From a virus (lineage: Duplodnaviria > Caudoviricetes), in IMG/VR virus record IMGVR_UViG_3300020042_006720, positions 1 to 39,311 of that record: 39,311 bases of DNA; one strand, given 5' to 3'. The stretch's first letter is position 1. Each line of letters starts with the position of its first letter. Of the stretch, positions 17,616 through 26,868 are shown piece by piece. Under the pieces are notes generated by a model, which saw only the letters and a program-made list of their open reading frames with translations, searched no databases and was not told where the DNA came from. The position numbers were made by a program, and so were the translations under genes.

Positions 17616-19757
17616 TTATTGTTGTGCAGGTACAGCTTGATTACCAAACACACCGTTGGCACTGTTGAGGTTAAACTCGAAGGTTTGATTAGCCACTGTT
17701 CCATCAATTGTAATGCTGATTGGCTGATTCTGTAGGGACTCCATCATTAAGCGGCTATCCAGTGAGGATTTACCCGCATTAATTTTAGAAAGACTTGTTG
17801 CAATATCGGAGTTACTCATCATACCAGAGGACAGGGCGATCAAATAGTTACCACGATCTTCTTCGGTAATTGCCCCACTATTCACCGCAGCATTAAGTCT
17901 GTGATAGTTTGCGTTCTCAATCGCCCCATATCCTTGCCATTTAGCTATAGGGTTAAGTAAACCTATAGAATCTAAACCCTTAGCCACAGTGTAGTTCCAC
18001 TCGTCCTTTAGTGACGAATTTGGGGCATTGGCTATCTTAGCTCTTGCTGTCTGCTTAAACGCCTCTATGTCTGCGGTCGAGGGTGCCCTGCCTCCCGCTA
18101 ACGTAGGATCATAAGCGGGGGAAGACGCATCTTTTTCCTTCATTGCCTTGTATCTTCGATACATTTCAATCAGAGCAGCGATCCCCATAATGGTTGCAGT
18201 TATTGGAGAGAATGCTGCGGCGACTGCTATCCCTATTAACCCCATAGAGACTATGAGGGGAGTTGGATCAATCCCAAAGAAATCTTCTAGGGTATCAGCA
18301 AATGCACCTAATGCACTGTTGCCACCATCTAAGTACACTTGAATATCTTCGAGCGCTATCATCACCGCACCAATCACTGCCCCCCACTTACCAAAGATTT
18401 TATAAAGTGGATACAGTAGTGCAAGTGTTCCAGACAGTGCAGGGTGTATGTCGTTAAGTAGTTTTACAAATGTTATCCCTGTTTGAATAAAGGTAAGGAA
18501 CACTTGCATTACATACTTAAACATCTTACCTAAGTCGCTCAGCAATTGAGTGCTGTTTTCCATGTGGGTAGCCATAGTCAAGAAGAAGTTACGCATACCT
18601 TCATCAAAACCACCCTTACCAAAAATCTCAATAGACTCTTTGAATCCTGTGTCGAATCGTCCGTGTGCGTAGGTAGTAGTCTTCTTGTAAGCGTCAATAC
18701 CACCTGCGGCTTTAATAGCCATTCGTTCAACAACAAGAGGCAACACTTCTGCTGATTTAACTAAACCTTTTTCCATTGCTTTAAGTAAAGCAGCTTCAGC
18801 CTCTTGTCCAACTAGCCCACCACCAGTCTTATCTTGCCAAGCTAACGCAAAGTGTTCCCTTGCTCCAGCAAAACCTTTAGCTTCTGACAACTGACTTTTT
18901 AATTCTTCTTGGTGAATTTGTCCTTTAGACCACATCTGCCCAATAGCAGTCATGGCTCTTTTCATACCCTCTTTATCAGCACCGTGGGTCAAACCATAGT
19001 CTGTCAACTTAGCGAAGGAATCTAATGAACCCTCATACCCTTGCTTGTTAATAGAGGCAGCCATGTAACTAGAGAATACAGGTAACTGTGAACTGTAGTC
19101 AAAACCACGTTCTCTACCACGTTCTTTTAACCAATTATACGCTTCTTCTCCACGACCTTCTGTAATAGTACCAAGTGCCACTTTAGAGGTTTGAAGATCC
19201 TCAGAGATTCTGTTAATCTCCCACATCCCCATACCTGTAGCCATTGTAGCTACACCAGTACCAAGCCTATCCATTACACTAGGGATGTTATTAAAGCGAG
19301 ATGTGCGGCTACTATTTAGTAGGTTGTTACCTCCACCACCTCCCCCTGTACGGTTTGCTCGTGGGTTAAGGGTAAGTGTTACCCCTCTGTCGTAAGCGTC
19401 CTGTACGGCTCTACGAAGGGCAGCTCCGTTGATCGCAAACCTATCTATTCTAAGGTTGATATTAAACAGAGATGCTTGGTCACGTATTGCTTTTCTGACA
19501 GCAGCTCGATTTATCTTAACCCCTGTGGCAGTCATTTGCACATTTAGGAGTTTTGCAATAGACGTTTTAATATCCCGAATCTTAGTTCTTGCGGCACTAC
19601 TTACAACTACATTACCCACTGTAACTTTTAAGGTTAGCTTTTTCTCTAGTGCTGACTTAATATCGGCTACTTTCTTCTTAACATCTGTTACTGACTTAGT
19701 GTCTATCTTGAAACCAAAACTGGCGAAGTACGCTGAAATCTGTTGAGCACTAGCCAT
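17616..19757 (-). CDS. Tape measure protein (713 aa)
   Basis: YFASFGFKID N-terminus, RAMTAIGQMWSKGQIHQEELKSQLSE tape-measure motif, hydrophobic segments; follows chaperone genes. Confidence 0.9.
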   Translation of the reverse strand: MASAQQISAYFASFGFKIDTKSVTDVKKKVADIKSALEKKLTLKVTVGNVVVSSAARTKIRDIKTSIAKLLNVQMTATGVKINRAAVRKAIRDQASLFNINLRIDRFAINGAALRRAVQDAYDRGVTLTLNPRANRTGGGGGGNNLLNSSRTSRFNNIPSVMDRLGTGVATMATGMGMWEINRISEDLQTSKVALGTITEGRGEEAYNWLKERGRERGFDYSSQLPVFSSYMAASINKQGYEGSLDSFAKLTDYGLTHGADKEGMKRAMTAIGQMWSKGQIHQEELKSQLSEAKGFAGAREHFALAWQDKTGGGLVGQEAEAALLKAMEKGLVKSAEVLPLVVERMAIKAAGGIDAYKKTTTYAHGRFDTGFKESIEIFGKGGFDEGMRNFFLTMATHMENSTQLLSDLGKMFKYVMQVFLTFIQTGITFVKLLNDIHPALSGTLALLYPLYKIFGKWGAVIGAVMIALEDIQVYLDGGNSALGAFADTLEDFFGIDPTPLIVSMGLIGIAVAAAFSPITATIMGIAALIEMYRRYKAMKEKDASSPAYDPTLAGGRAPSTADIEAFKQTARAKIANAPNSSLKDEWNYTVAKGLDSIGLLNPIAKWQGYGAIENANYHRLNAAVNSGAITEEDRGNYLIALSSGMMSNSDIATSLSKINAGKSSLDSRLMMESLQNQPISITIDGTVANQTFEFNLNSANGVFGNQAVPAQQ

Positions 19758-19771
19758 GTAAACACCTCTTA

Positions 19772-20062
19772 TTATTTGTTAGCACTTCTAGCACGTTGTC
19801 TTTCATCTTCAGCGTTACGCTCTTGTAGAACAGCATTGTGTGCGTCTATTATCTCAAGGTAATCATATAAGTCTGGAACAGACCTTACTGTCTTCAGTTC
19901 ACCTAAAGTCACAAGTCTTAATTCAGAGGTTACTGCCCTATAAATATCTATGTCGATACTCAGTGTGCTGGCAATGTCTTCATACACTTTTGCAACTTTG
20001 GTGTTACTCGGTTCAGCAGCGGAAGTTACGCTTGTGGTTTTGAACCGAGCAGAGTAAAAAGG
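19772..20062 (-). CDS. -1 frame extension of the tail assembly chaperone (gpGT-like C-terminal part)
   Basis: -1 frame is open from CCTTTTT at 20056-20062 through the 71-aa ORF to TAA at 19772; TLGELKTV.SV.DLYD.LEI motif. Confidence 0.75.
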   Translation of the reverse strand, partial: PFYSARFKTTSVTSAAEPSNTKVAKVYEDIASTLSIDIDIYRAVTSELRLVTLGELKTVRSVPDLYDYLEIIDAHNAVLQERNAEDERQRARSANK

Positions 20063-20439
20063 TCAGAGAAGTTAAACATGATGATTTCCCATACAAGTTT
20101 AAACAGTACACCATAATTACCCGCGAAGTCATTCTCAAAGTTAATAGTTACACGACCTTCTTTATAGGCACCTTGTAATACTAATTCTTTAAGGAATGCT
20201 GGCTCTACTTGATCAATGTTTTCCATGAACTTTTCAAGAGCTAACATCTCCATGCTCACTTCTTTGTTCTCTGCCATTGTGTGTACGATAGCTGAGAAAG
20301 AAGGTTGGATAATCTTGATGAGTTTACGTTGATACGCGATACCACGGAATGCGTCATATTGTGTTAAAACAAACTTCTGTTCACCTTCAGCACCTTGTAA
20401 TACGATTTCTTTTTCTTTACGACTTGATGTAAATGACAT
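20026..20439 (-). CDS. Tail assembly chaperone, gpG-like (137 aa)
   Basis: Between tube genes and tape measure; NFENDFAGNY..LFKL..E....NF motif; slippery site near the 3' end. Confidence 0.8.
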   Translation of the reverse strand: MSFTSSRKEKEIVLQGAEGEQKFVLTQYDAFRGIAYQRKLIKIIQPSFSAIVHTMAENKEVSMEMLALEKFMENIDQVEPAFLKELVLQGAYKEGRVTINFENDFAGNYGVLFKLVWEIIMFNFSDLFTLLGSKPQA

Positions 20440-20462
20440 TTGATATTCTCTTAATCGGTTGT

Positions 20463-20939
20463 TTATATCTTGCTGAATAAACTTTCAGCAAAACCTATAG
20501 AGGGTCTTAAATTGCCCCCCACTTTAAATTCTGTACTGGACAAACTTTGTATTGTCCAAGTTCTTGTTCCAATTGAATCGGAGTAGGAAATCTCTGGGTA
20601 TGCAACAATGTAGGCTTCTTCTAATTGGAAGACACTCGTACCACTCCTGTCTCGAAGGGTGAGCGTTAACCTACCATTGTTCAATTCAGAACCGTCATCA
20701 CCGTACACATCTTTTGTGTGTATCTCATGGAGGACATCATTGGTCTCTGAGGTTTGCATGACATCTATTGTTAGCTCTACGGCTGTGTCATAATTACCAA
20801 CCCTTGTATTCTTACCACGTATACCTTTAACGAAAGTATATGAAGGGGAGTTTCTTTTAATAGAAATCTTTTCCCATGCTTCAACTCTCCAACCATCTAT
20901 ATGTAAAATCACTTCTGAGGGGCTGTATGTATTAATCAA
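20463..20939 (-). CDS. Tail tube-like protein, paralog 3 (158 aa)
   Basis: NTYSPSEV, QTSETNDVL, L.DRSG.S, RTWTI shared with the two adjacent paralogs. Confidence 0.75.
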   Translation of the reverse strand: MINTYSPSEVILHIDGWRVEAWEKISIKRNSPSYTFVKGIRGKNTRVGNYDTAVELTIDVMQTSETNDVLHEIHTKDVYGDDGSELNNGRLTLTLRDRSGTSVFQLEEAYIVAYPEISYSDSIGTRTWTIQSLSSTEFKVGGNLRPSIGFAESLFSKI

Positions 20940-21445
20940 AATATATCCCCGATAATGTTTGTATAGTTGGCAGAGGCAGCAAGTAATGTGTCTACAAGAG
21001 CTTCAAAATCACTTGTCTTATCGTTTCCACCTAATACTGAGATACCTTCAGTGGCTTTTAAAGTCCACGTTCTAGCTTCCATTCCTTGACTGTACGTTTG
21101 GGCTGGTACGCCATCAATAAACGCTACGGAGGAAAAGAACTTAGAATTACCAAGGGAATCTTTAATGAGTATTGGGAAGTGTGCAATCTGTGTTGTTTCA
21201 TCTAAATACTGAATACGACTTAGCTTGTCGTTTGTATCACTAGATTGAGCAAGAGTAAACTTGATCGTGTAGTTACTATCTTTAATGTACAATCTGTGAG
21301 TAGTACCATCTGTAGCCCTCTTACTTACAAAAGGAGGAATGTCCTTTGTAATCTCAAGAAAGGTTCCATCTGAGAACCCACCTACTGGAATCACGCCCCC
21401 TAGTAAAACAGTGACATCGGATGGACTATAAATATTAAGGGACAT
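20936..21445 (-). CDS. Tail tube-like protein, paralog 2 (169 aa)
   Basis: NIYSPSDV, LAQSSDTNDKLS, IKDSLGNS, RTWTL. Confidence 0.75.
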   Translation of the reverse strand: MSLNIYSPSDVTVLLGGVIPVGGFSDGTFLEITKDIPPFVSKRATDGTTHRLYIKDSNYTIKFTLAQSSDTNDKLSRIQYLDETTQIAHFPILIKDSLGNSKFFSSVAFIDGVPAQTYSQGMEARTWTLKATEGISVLGGNDKTSDFEALVDTLLAASANYTNIIGDIF

Positions 21446-21457
21446 TTTATCTCCAAT

Positions 21458-21482
21458 AAAAAAGGGCTGTTTATTCAGCCCT
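21458..21482 (-). terminator. Rho-independent terminator after the major tube gene
   Basis: Minus strand AGGGCTG-AATAAA-CAGCCCT then TTTTT; preceded by a second hairpin AGCACCACTA-CCC-TAGTGGTACT (21488-21510). Confidence 0.8.
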
Positions 21483-21512
21483 ATTTAAGTACCACTAGGG
21501 TAGTGGTGCTTG

Positions 21513-22034
21513 TTACGGCACCCAACGATCTTCTACTTCACCACCAAGGATCTCAATAGATTGTGCATCTGCTTGAGACAAGCGAGCATTACCACCAGAG
21601 AACTGTTGCATATCTGCACACAGGATTGTCCATTCGCGGTTGTTCATGGTATTACTAAAGGAGGCTGTAGGACGTTTACCAATAAATGCCTGAGCAGAGG
21701 TATACATACTACGACCATTCTGGTCTTTAATCATTACTGAGAAAAGTTTATCAGGACTCTTACGGGACTTTAGTTCTTCATACAACCAAGACAACACATC
21801 ATTAGATGCAGAAGTTTGGTTAAGGGTGAGCATCACTGTTGCTGAGTTGTTAGCATTGAAGATCAATGTTGGCTTATTGTCAGCAGAGGTGTACATTGTA
21901 AGAGCTTCAGCAGCAGGCTCTACGCTCACCATATCACTCTCACTATAACCACCAATTGTGTGAGCAAAACCATCACCACGAGTAAGCGTGACGGTAATGT
22001 CATTGGGACTGTAGATATTTAAATTGTCAGACAT
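21513..22034 (-). CDS. Major tail tube protein, DUF3277-like (173 aa)
   Basis: Directly after sheath; NIYSPNDI, LNQTSASNDVLS, IKDQNGRS, REWTI; followed by a terminator. Confidence 0.8.
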   Translation of the reverse strand: MSDNLNIYSPNDITVTLTRGDGFAHTIGGYSESDMVSVEPAAEALTMYTSADNKPTLIFNANNSATVMLTLNQTSASNDVLSWLYEELKSRKSPDKLFSVMIKDQNGRSMYTSAQAFIGKRPTASFSNTMNNREWTILCADMQQFSGGNARLSQADAQSIEILGGEVEDRWVP

Positions 22035-22053
22035 TTCTTATTATTACCTTTTA

Positions 22054-23346
22054 TTAAATGGTTACAGTACCGTCAATGATGATCTTGGTAATACTTACTA
22101 CCATGCGAGCTTTAAACTTAATACCAGATACAATACCTTGAGCACGTAAGTTCGGGTCAATATCTAAGATGTCAGGAACATATACAGTTGGTGCAGGAGA
22201 TTTAGCAAAACCACCGTTACGAACACCCTCTTGAAGCACAGTATTAATGTCAGACTGGATGATTGCTAAGCCAGCATTGTCACTTGGTAGCTTCAAGCTA
22301 TTAACCATGCGGAACATCAAGAGTTCTTGGATACGAGATTTAGTCCAATCAACCATCATTGTTTCTTCAATGAATTGACCTGAACTTACCCAACCTTGCT
22401 TAGTAACAGATACCCCAGCAATGGTGATGTAGTAGTTACATTTCTTAGCTTCGAGATAACCAATTTGACTATCATTTAAGTAGCCAGCAGTTACACCTTG
22501 TAGTTGAGCATTTACCCATTGGGCACTACCAGCTACAGGAGGAAGGCGATCACCCATCCAAGCACATTCAGGGAACTCTGTATCAGCAGTTGCGCTGTAC
22601 AGCAAGAATGTACGAGTGTAGGCAAGAGCAGCTAATTGTGAAGCAATATCATTAGTAGCTGAGGTAGGTACTGTAGAAGATTGTGTAGAAGCTCCGTACA
22701 ACACGTTAGAGGCATTTGCCCAACCAGCGATAGCTAGGATACCTGCATCAGAATGGTCTTCTGTAGTAAGGCCGTAGAAGGCGCTAGAGGCAGCGCGCAT
22801 TGCATTCAAAGCATCCGGCCATGTTTCTACAGAAGATGCTGGGGCGACAGTGATGTTAGATGTTGCTTTAAAGCTCCAACCTGTATCAGCTACAGAAGGG
22901 GCTACAGTGAAGCTACCAGTGTTGTCAGTAAAAGTGATACCAGCCACACCAACTACACCAAATGCTGCTTCCAAACCATCAATGATAATTTGTTGAGTTG
23001 CGCCAGATTGAGCTACATAACTTACAGTTAAACCGTTAATGGTCAGTGTGTAAGTAGCTCCAACAACAACACTATTAATAGAGCAAGATACACTGTTAAT
23101 CTGCTTACGACCAACAACCATCTTAGGTGGTCTACGCTCTTGTCCGAACACTTGAACAGCAGCCTTATACACATTAGAAGTTGAGCTAAAATCAGCAGCA
23201 ACAGAGGATAAAGAAGTATATTCTTTTGTACGTTCAGAGAATGCTGTATGTGCCGCAGCAAACAACGGAATATTAAAAGCGGTACGGGCAACTGCGCTCG
23301 TTTCGCGTGAGATGTTAACCTCAATGGTTTGATCTAATTGGGACAT
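22054..23346 (-). CDS. Tail sheath protein, DUF3383-like (430 aa)
   Basis: VYKAA..VFGQ...P...VVGR; G.V.SGQFIE....DW...IQE; K.P.DNAG motifs. Confidence 0.85.
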   Translation of the reverse strand: MSQLDQTIEVNISRETSAVARTAFNIPLFAAAHTAFSERTKEYTSLSSVAADFSSTSNVYKAAVQVFGQERRPPKMVVGRKQINSVSCSINSVVVGATYTLTINGLTVSYVAQSGATQQIIIDGLEAAFGVVGVAGITFTDNTGSFTVAPSVADTGWSFKATSNITVAPASSVETWPDALNAMRAASSAFYGLTTEDHSDAGILAIAGWANASNVLYGASTQSSTVPTSATNDIASQLAALAYTRTFLLYSATADTEFPECAWMGDRLPPVAGSAQWVNAQLQGVTAGYLNDSQIGYLEAKKCNYYITIAGVSVTKQGWVSSGQFIEETMMVDWTKSRIQELLMFRMVNSLKLPSDNAGLAIIQSDINTVLQEGVRNGGFAKSPAPTVYVPDILDIDPNLRAQGIVSGIKFKARMVVSITKIIIDGTVTI

Positions 23347-23376
23347 TTATACTTCCTACATAGGATTATTATTTGT

Positions 23377-23910
23377 TTAAAGAATTACAACTTCAGGTGG
23401 AACTGTGAAAACTTCCCCAGAGAGTTCGTCCAGCATTTCAACAACCTCGATAGGTTGAAACGATTGTACTGTCCTACTGGCGTAGTTGAATAACACATCA
23501 ACGTTGTAATGCTCTACCCACTCACCTTCTCTTAGAGAGGCTACGTTCCTGATAGGAGTTACGCTGATTTTTGATAATTTATTTATTCGGAAGTTCTGCA
23601 ATGTGACGGGGGTGTTGAGATATTGGATAAACTGTTTTGCCATGTCCCCTGCAACATCTGAATCTTTGGAGAGGAAGCTAAATTGAACTAATGTTTCATA
23701 GTTCACTGTAGTAGTTATTTCAGAGTCTTCACTCAAGAGAGTGTCAACATAACTGCGCCCCACTTGTTCATCCCTGATCACTTTTATACTCACGTAAGGG
23801 TTGCTAGGTTCAGCACCACCTTGTTGAGCACGTATTACTTTATTATCGGGGAATATGGTTTTTGTTGCTGTGATTAAGCTCTGCATTAGTTGGGAAAAGA
23901 TACTATCCAT
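23377..23910 (-). CDS. Neck/tail terminator protein (177 aa)
   Basis: VIRAQQ...EP..PYVSI motif; directly upstream of sheath. Confidence 0.7.
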   Translation of the reverse strand: MDSIFSQLMQSLITATKTIFPDNKVIRAQQGGAEPSNPYVSIKVIRDEQVGRSYVDTLLSEDSEITTTVNYETLVQFSFLSKDSDVAGDMAKQFIQYLNTPVTLQNFRINKLSKISVTPIRNVASLREGEWVEHYNVDVLFNYASRTVQSFQPIEVVEMLDELSGEVFTVPPEVVIL

Positions 23911-24277
23911 TTAGGTCAACTCCTGAAGGTGTTTTACCTATAGCACAAGCCTGTGCATGGTAATGATGACCTTCCCAAATCTTAACGCCCATAACTTTGT
24001 AGAGAGTGCCATGCCAGATAAATGTATCAGCATCATGCCCACCTTCCCCCTCAGCCATCTTCCGTACCTCACTAACAGACCAGACGTTTAGCCAATCTTT
24101 AGTTCTGTCAGCTTCAGGAAGCATTAGTGTCTGGGAGAACTTGAAAGGTTGTACTTGACACTTGATGACCACATCGGTAGAAGTAGCTGGAACCCACTTA
24201 CCTGTAGTGTCACTGTATTCCCCCGAAGTTGCTACACGTTTAATAGTGAGTGTGTGTTTGTTCAGTAATCGACTCAT
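23903..24277 (-). CDS. Head closure (stopper) protein (124 aa)
   Basis: GKWV, CQVQP, LPE.DR, AD.F.W.G..YKV...W motifs; synteny. Confidence 0.7.
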   Translation of the reverse strand: MSRLLNKHTLTIKRVATSGEYSDTTGKWVPATSTDVVIKCQVQPFKFSQTLMLPEADRTKDWLNVWSVSEVRKMAEGEGGHDADTFIWHGTLYKVMGVKIWEGHHYHAQACAIGKTPSGVDLNG

Positions 24278-24285
24278 TCACTCTC

Positions 24286-24765
24286 CTATCGTCTTGTGGT
24301 TATTTTATATTTGACTGAGTTACGCATCGTCCCCGTATAAATCAGAGGGGTGGTGGAACCAGTTTCTCTTGCCTTTCTGTCAGCCCATGTCTTTTCGTTA
24401 GGGGTGTATCTTGCACCATCATCTATTGCAAGAGTCATCACTGTTTCTAATCTTTTACCTATCCGATTACATGCAACTGTTGGTGACTCAACACCACTTG
24501 CTACGTTATCTAGTAATTGGTTGAATGCTTTCTTATAACGAGGCGACATTACTTCCGAATGAAAACCTACACGAATAAAAGGACGTGCTGGGATGTGAGG
24601 TGCAACACCCTCTTCCTCCTGCCACTGTGCAATCTGAGCTACATTTATTCCACATTCATGCACTGTATCAAAGAATCCAACATCTATATTTTTAGCTTCA
24701 AGAGCTTGTAAGTTCTTTAGTAGCTTGTTGAAACCCGCTTCTTTATCTATCCAACCTACAGCCAT
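24286..24765 (-). CDS. Neck/tail completion protein (159 aa)
   Basis: VGFF, VAQIA..QE.G...IPARPFIR, PN...T/W..RK, PLIYTG.MRNSVKY motifs. Confidence 0.75.
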   Translation of the reverse strand: MAVGWIDKEAGFNKLLKNLQALEAKNIDVGFFDTVHECGINVAQIAQWQEEEGVAPHIPARPFIRVGFHSEVMSPRYKKAFNQLLDNVASGVESPTVACNRIGKRLETVMTLAIDDGARYTPNEKTWADRKARETGSTTPLIYTGTMRNSVKYKITTRR

Positions 24766-24768
24766 TGA

Positions 24769-25203
24769 TTACTCCTGCTGATAAGAAGGGGTGTAACCAA
24801 AAGGAGCCACCAACCAAGAGAAGCAACGTGGATTATCTAAGTCTTGTAAGCTAGTGATAATTTCTTTATTTGAAACACCCGCAGAATATGGCATCATTCC
24901 TTTAGGGAAGATATTAAATAAGGATTTATCTGTAAGCATCAGTGTGAGAGTATTGCGATAGTTCTTGCCTGCCTCATACCATTCTTCAACCTCACCAACC
25001 ATGTCCTTAGTCTTTTGCATCCCTATCCATAAACAGATAGAGTAGGCAGCCATTCTTGCCGCTAGGAATACGTCATTGTTCTGTAGCGAGAGGTAAGATT
25101 CAATCTCATCATCAGATAGGATATAATCTCCTTCAGCTAAGAATGGGAGGTTGCCATTATCTTGTGTAATCACACGGATTAGTTCTATATTACTTAAAGC
25201 CAT
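24769..25203 (-). CDS. Head-tail adaptor protein (144 aa)
   Basis: IR...QD, YILSDDEI..YL, PY.AG.S motifs; first gene after MCP. Confidence 0.7.
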   Translation of the reverse strand: MALSNIELIRVITQDNGNLPFLAEGDYILSDDEIESYLSLQNNDVFLAARMAAYSICLWIGMQKTKDMVGEVEEWYEAGKNYRNTLTLMLTDKSLFNIFPKGMMPYSAGVSNKEIITSLQDLDNPRCFSWLVAPFGYTPSYQQE

Positions 25204-25228
25204 GAGATACCTTTATCATCTATTGTAA

Positions 25229-25296
25229 TTATTATTGAAGGTACTACTTGTGAATACCTTCAGTAATAACCTCTACCCTTTCGAGTAGAGAGTTAT
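25229..25296. terminator. Tandem hairpins downstream of the major capsid gene (terminator/processing/stabilising)
   Basis: Minus CTCTACTC-GAAA-GGGTAGAG and TTATTATTGAAGGTA/TACCTTCAGTAATAA inverted repeat; no strong U-tract. Confidence 0.5.
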
Positions 25297-25307
25297 TTAC
25301 CTAACTA

Positions 25308-26357
25308 TTAAGCGTAGGTGGCAGTACCTTTAACAATCGCTTTAGGCCACAAGGTGCCACAAAGGAAGTTAGTTTCATATACCATTGACAAACCAGTACG
25401 GTCTGCTTCCATCTTCTCCCAGTAGTATTCCAACTGAGCTGGTTGGTCGATAGAGTCAAAAGTCATGTCACTTGGAGCAGTGAAGATTTTGAACATATCT
25501 GGGATGTCGGTTGGGAACATGCGGTAGTCATTAACTGGCAATACTGTGGTATCAACACGAATCCACAACACACCACCGAAGTCCAACACTTGATACATTT
25601 TACCGAGGTTAGCACCTACTGGGGCATCAGTACCAAGCGTACCAGTCAAAATCTCAAGAGACTGGCGATCCAACATTTGACGCGAGTTCTCAATAACAAA
25701 AGGGTGAGACTTCAAGGCATCAAATGCAGCACGACCGATGATTGCAGTAAACTGTGAAGGGGTGTAACCACCTTTAAAGTTATCAGCAATATTGTCTTTG
25801 ATAGCTTGGATGCTAAGAGTTGGGTCAACATCTGGAGCCAAGTCCAGACCAAGGGTAGTCTGAGTAACGCCGAAGGCGGTAAAGTAGTCACAAATGATGG
25901 TGCCATTTGGTGCGTATGCAGTGCCATCAACAACCAACTGCTTCATCGCTTTCTCATGGGTATTCACCATAGTTTGACGATGTTGGATTTGCTTACGTTC
26001 AATAACGTTATTCAGAGTTTCAGGACGAGCACCAAGTTGGAAGTCTTCAAATGCAATCTTACCTTTGACATCCAAAGGACGAACAGAATCTTCTTCACCG
26101 AAGTGAGGAACAGCTAAGCGCAAAGTGGCCTTACCATTAGAACCAGTGTTCTTAACACGAGTGCCGTAAGGAATATCTACCATCACGTAATCACTTGTAG
26201 TGGTGATGGGGAGGATTGCAGTGTTAGAATCCAAAGGTTCAACTTGGAACAAACCTAAGTCAGTAAACAAACTACGGCGAATAGGTAGATATTCCACACC
26301 ATCGGTCAAGTTTACCCATTCATTCAAGTTTAGTGGATCTTGTTTTTTAATACCCAT
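25308..26357 (-). CDS. Major capsid protein, lambda gpE-like (349 aa)
   Basis: LGLF, VPHF...DSV.P.DV.G, T.EKA, G..YAPNG, D.FT.FG, N.L.....PKA motifs; strongly biased codons; position after decoration gene. Confidence 0.9.
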   Translation of the reverse strand: MGIKKQDPLNLNEWVNLTDGVEYLPIRRSLFTDLGLFQVEPLDSNTAILPITTTSDYVMVDIPYGTRVKNTGSNGKATLRLAVPHFGEEDSVRPLDVKGKIAFEDFQLGARPETLNNVIERKQIQHRQTMVNTHEKAMKQLVVDGTAYAPNGTIICDYFTAFGVTQTTLGLDLAPDVDPTLSIQAIKDNIADNFKGGYTPSQFTAIIGRAAFDALKSHPFVIENSRQMLDRQSLEILTGTLGTDAPVGANLGKMYQVLDFGGVLWIRVDTTVLPVNDYRMFPTDIPDMFKIFTAPSDMTFDSIDQPAQLEYYWEKMEADRTGLSMVYETNFLCGTLWPKAIVKGTATYA

Positions 26358-26386
26358 AATTCTTTATTCTCTATTTCAGTTTATTA

Positions 26387-26854
26387 TTAAGGAGCGATAG
26401 CAGTTAAAGAACCGCCTACCAAGATGCCCTGAGTAGCGAGAACTCGAATCAAGTTGGCAATATCAGTTGCAGAAGCAGCAGCGAAAGTGGCTTTCAAGCT
26501 TGCTTCAAATTTGGTTTGTTTCAGGCGGCAATTACGAGCCAAAGCGATAGCAGTACGGTTAACACCAGTACCAAACACTACACTCTCAGTAGGTTCTAAA
26601 TCATCACCGATAACAATTGCGTAATCGTTAGTGATTGCAATGTCAGCTTGTGCATCTACGAAATCCCATACAGCAGAAGCAGTAATTGCCTTGGGACGGA
26701 AGATCACAGAACCCATTGGGAAAGTACCACCAGTGGTAGCAGTTACAGAAACTACATCACGAGAGTTGTGAGAGTAATTCTTAATATCTTCATCAAGAAC
26801 CAAATCAGAGTAACGTGGGTCTAGGATGTTTACGATAGTTGGTTGAGTAGCCAT
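26387..26854 (-). CDS. Head decoration protein (155 aa)
   Basis: R.SDLV..E.....SRDVV, MGSVI motif; between protease and MCP. Confidence 0.75.
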   Translation of the reverse strand: MATQPTIVNILDPRYSDLVLDEDIKNYSHNSRDVVSVTATTGGTFPMGSVIFRPKAITASAVWDFVDAQADIAITNDYAIVIGDDLEPTESVVFGTGVNRTAIALARNCRLKQTKFEASLKATFAAASATDIANLIRVLATQGILVGGSLTAIAP

Positions 26855-26868
26855 TATTTATTATTACC

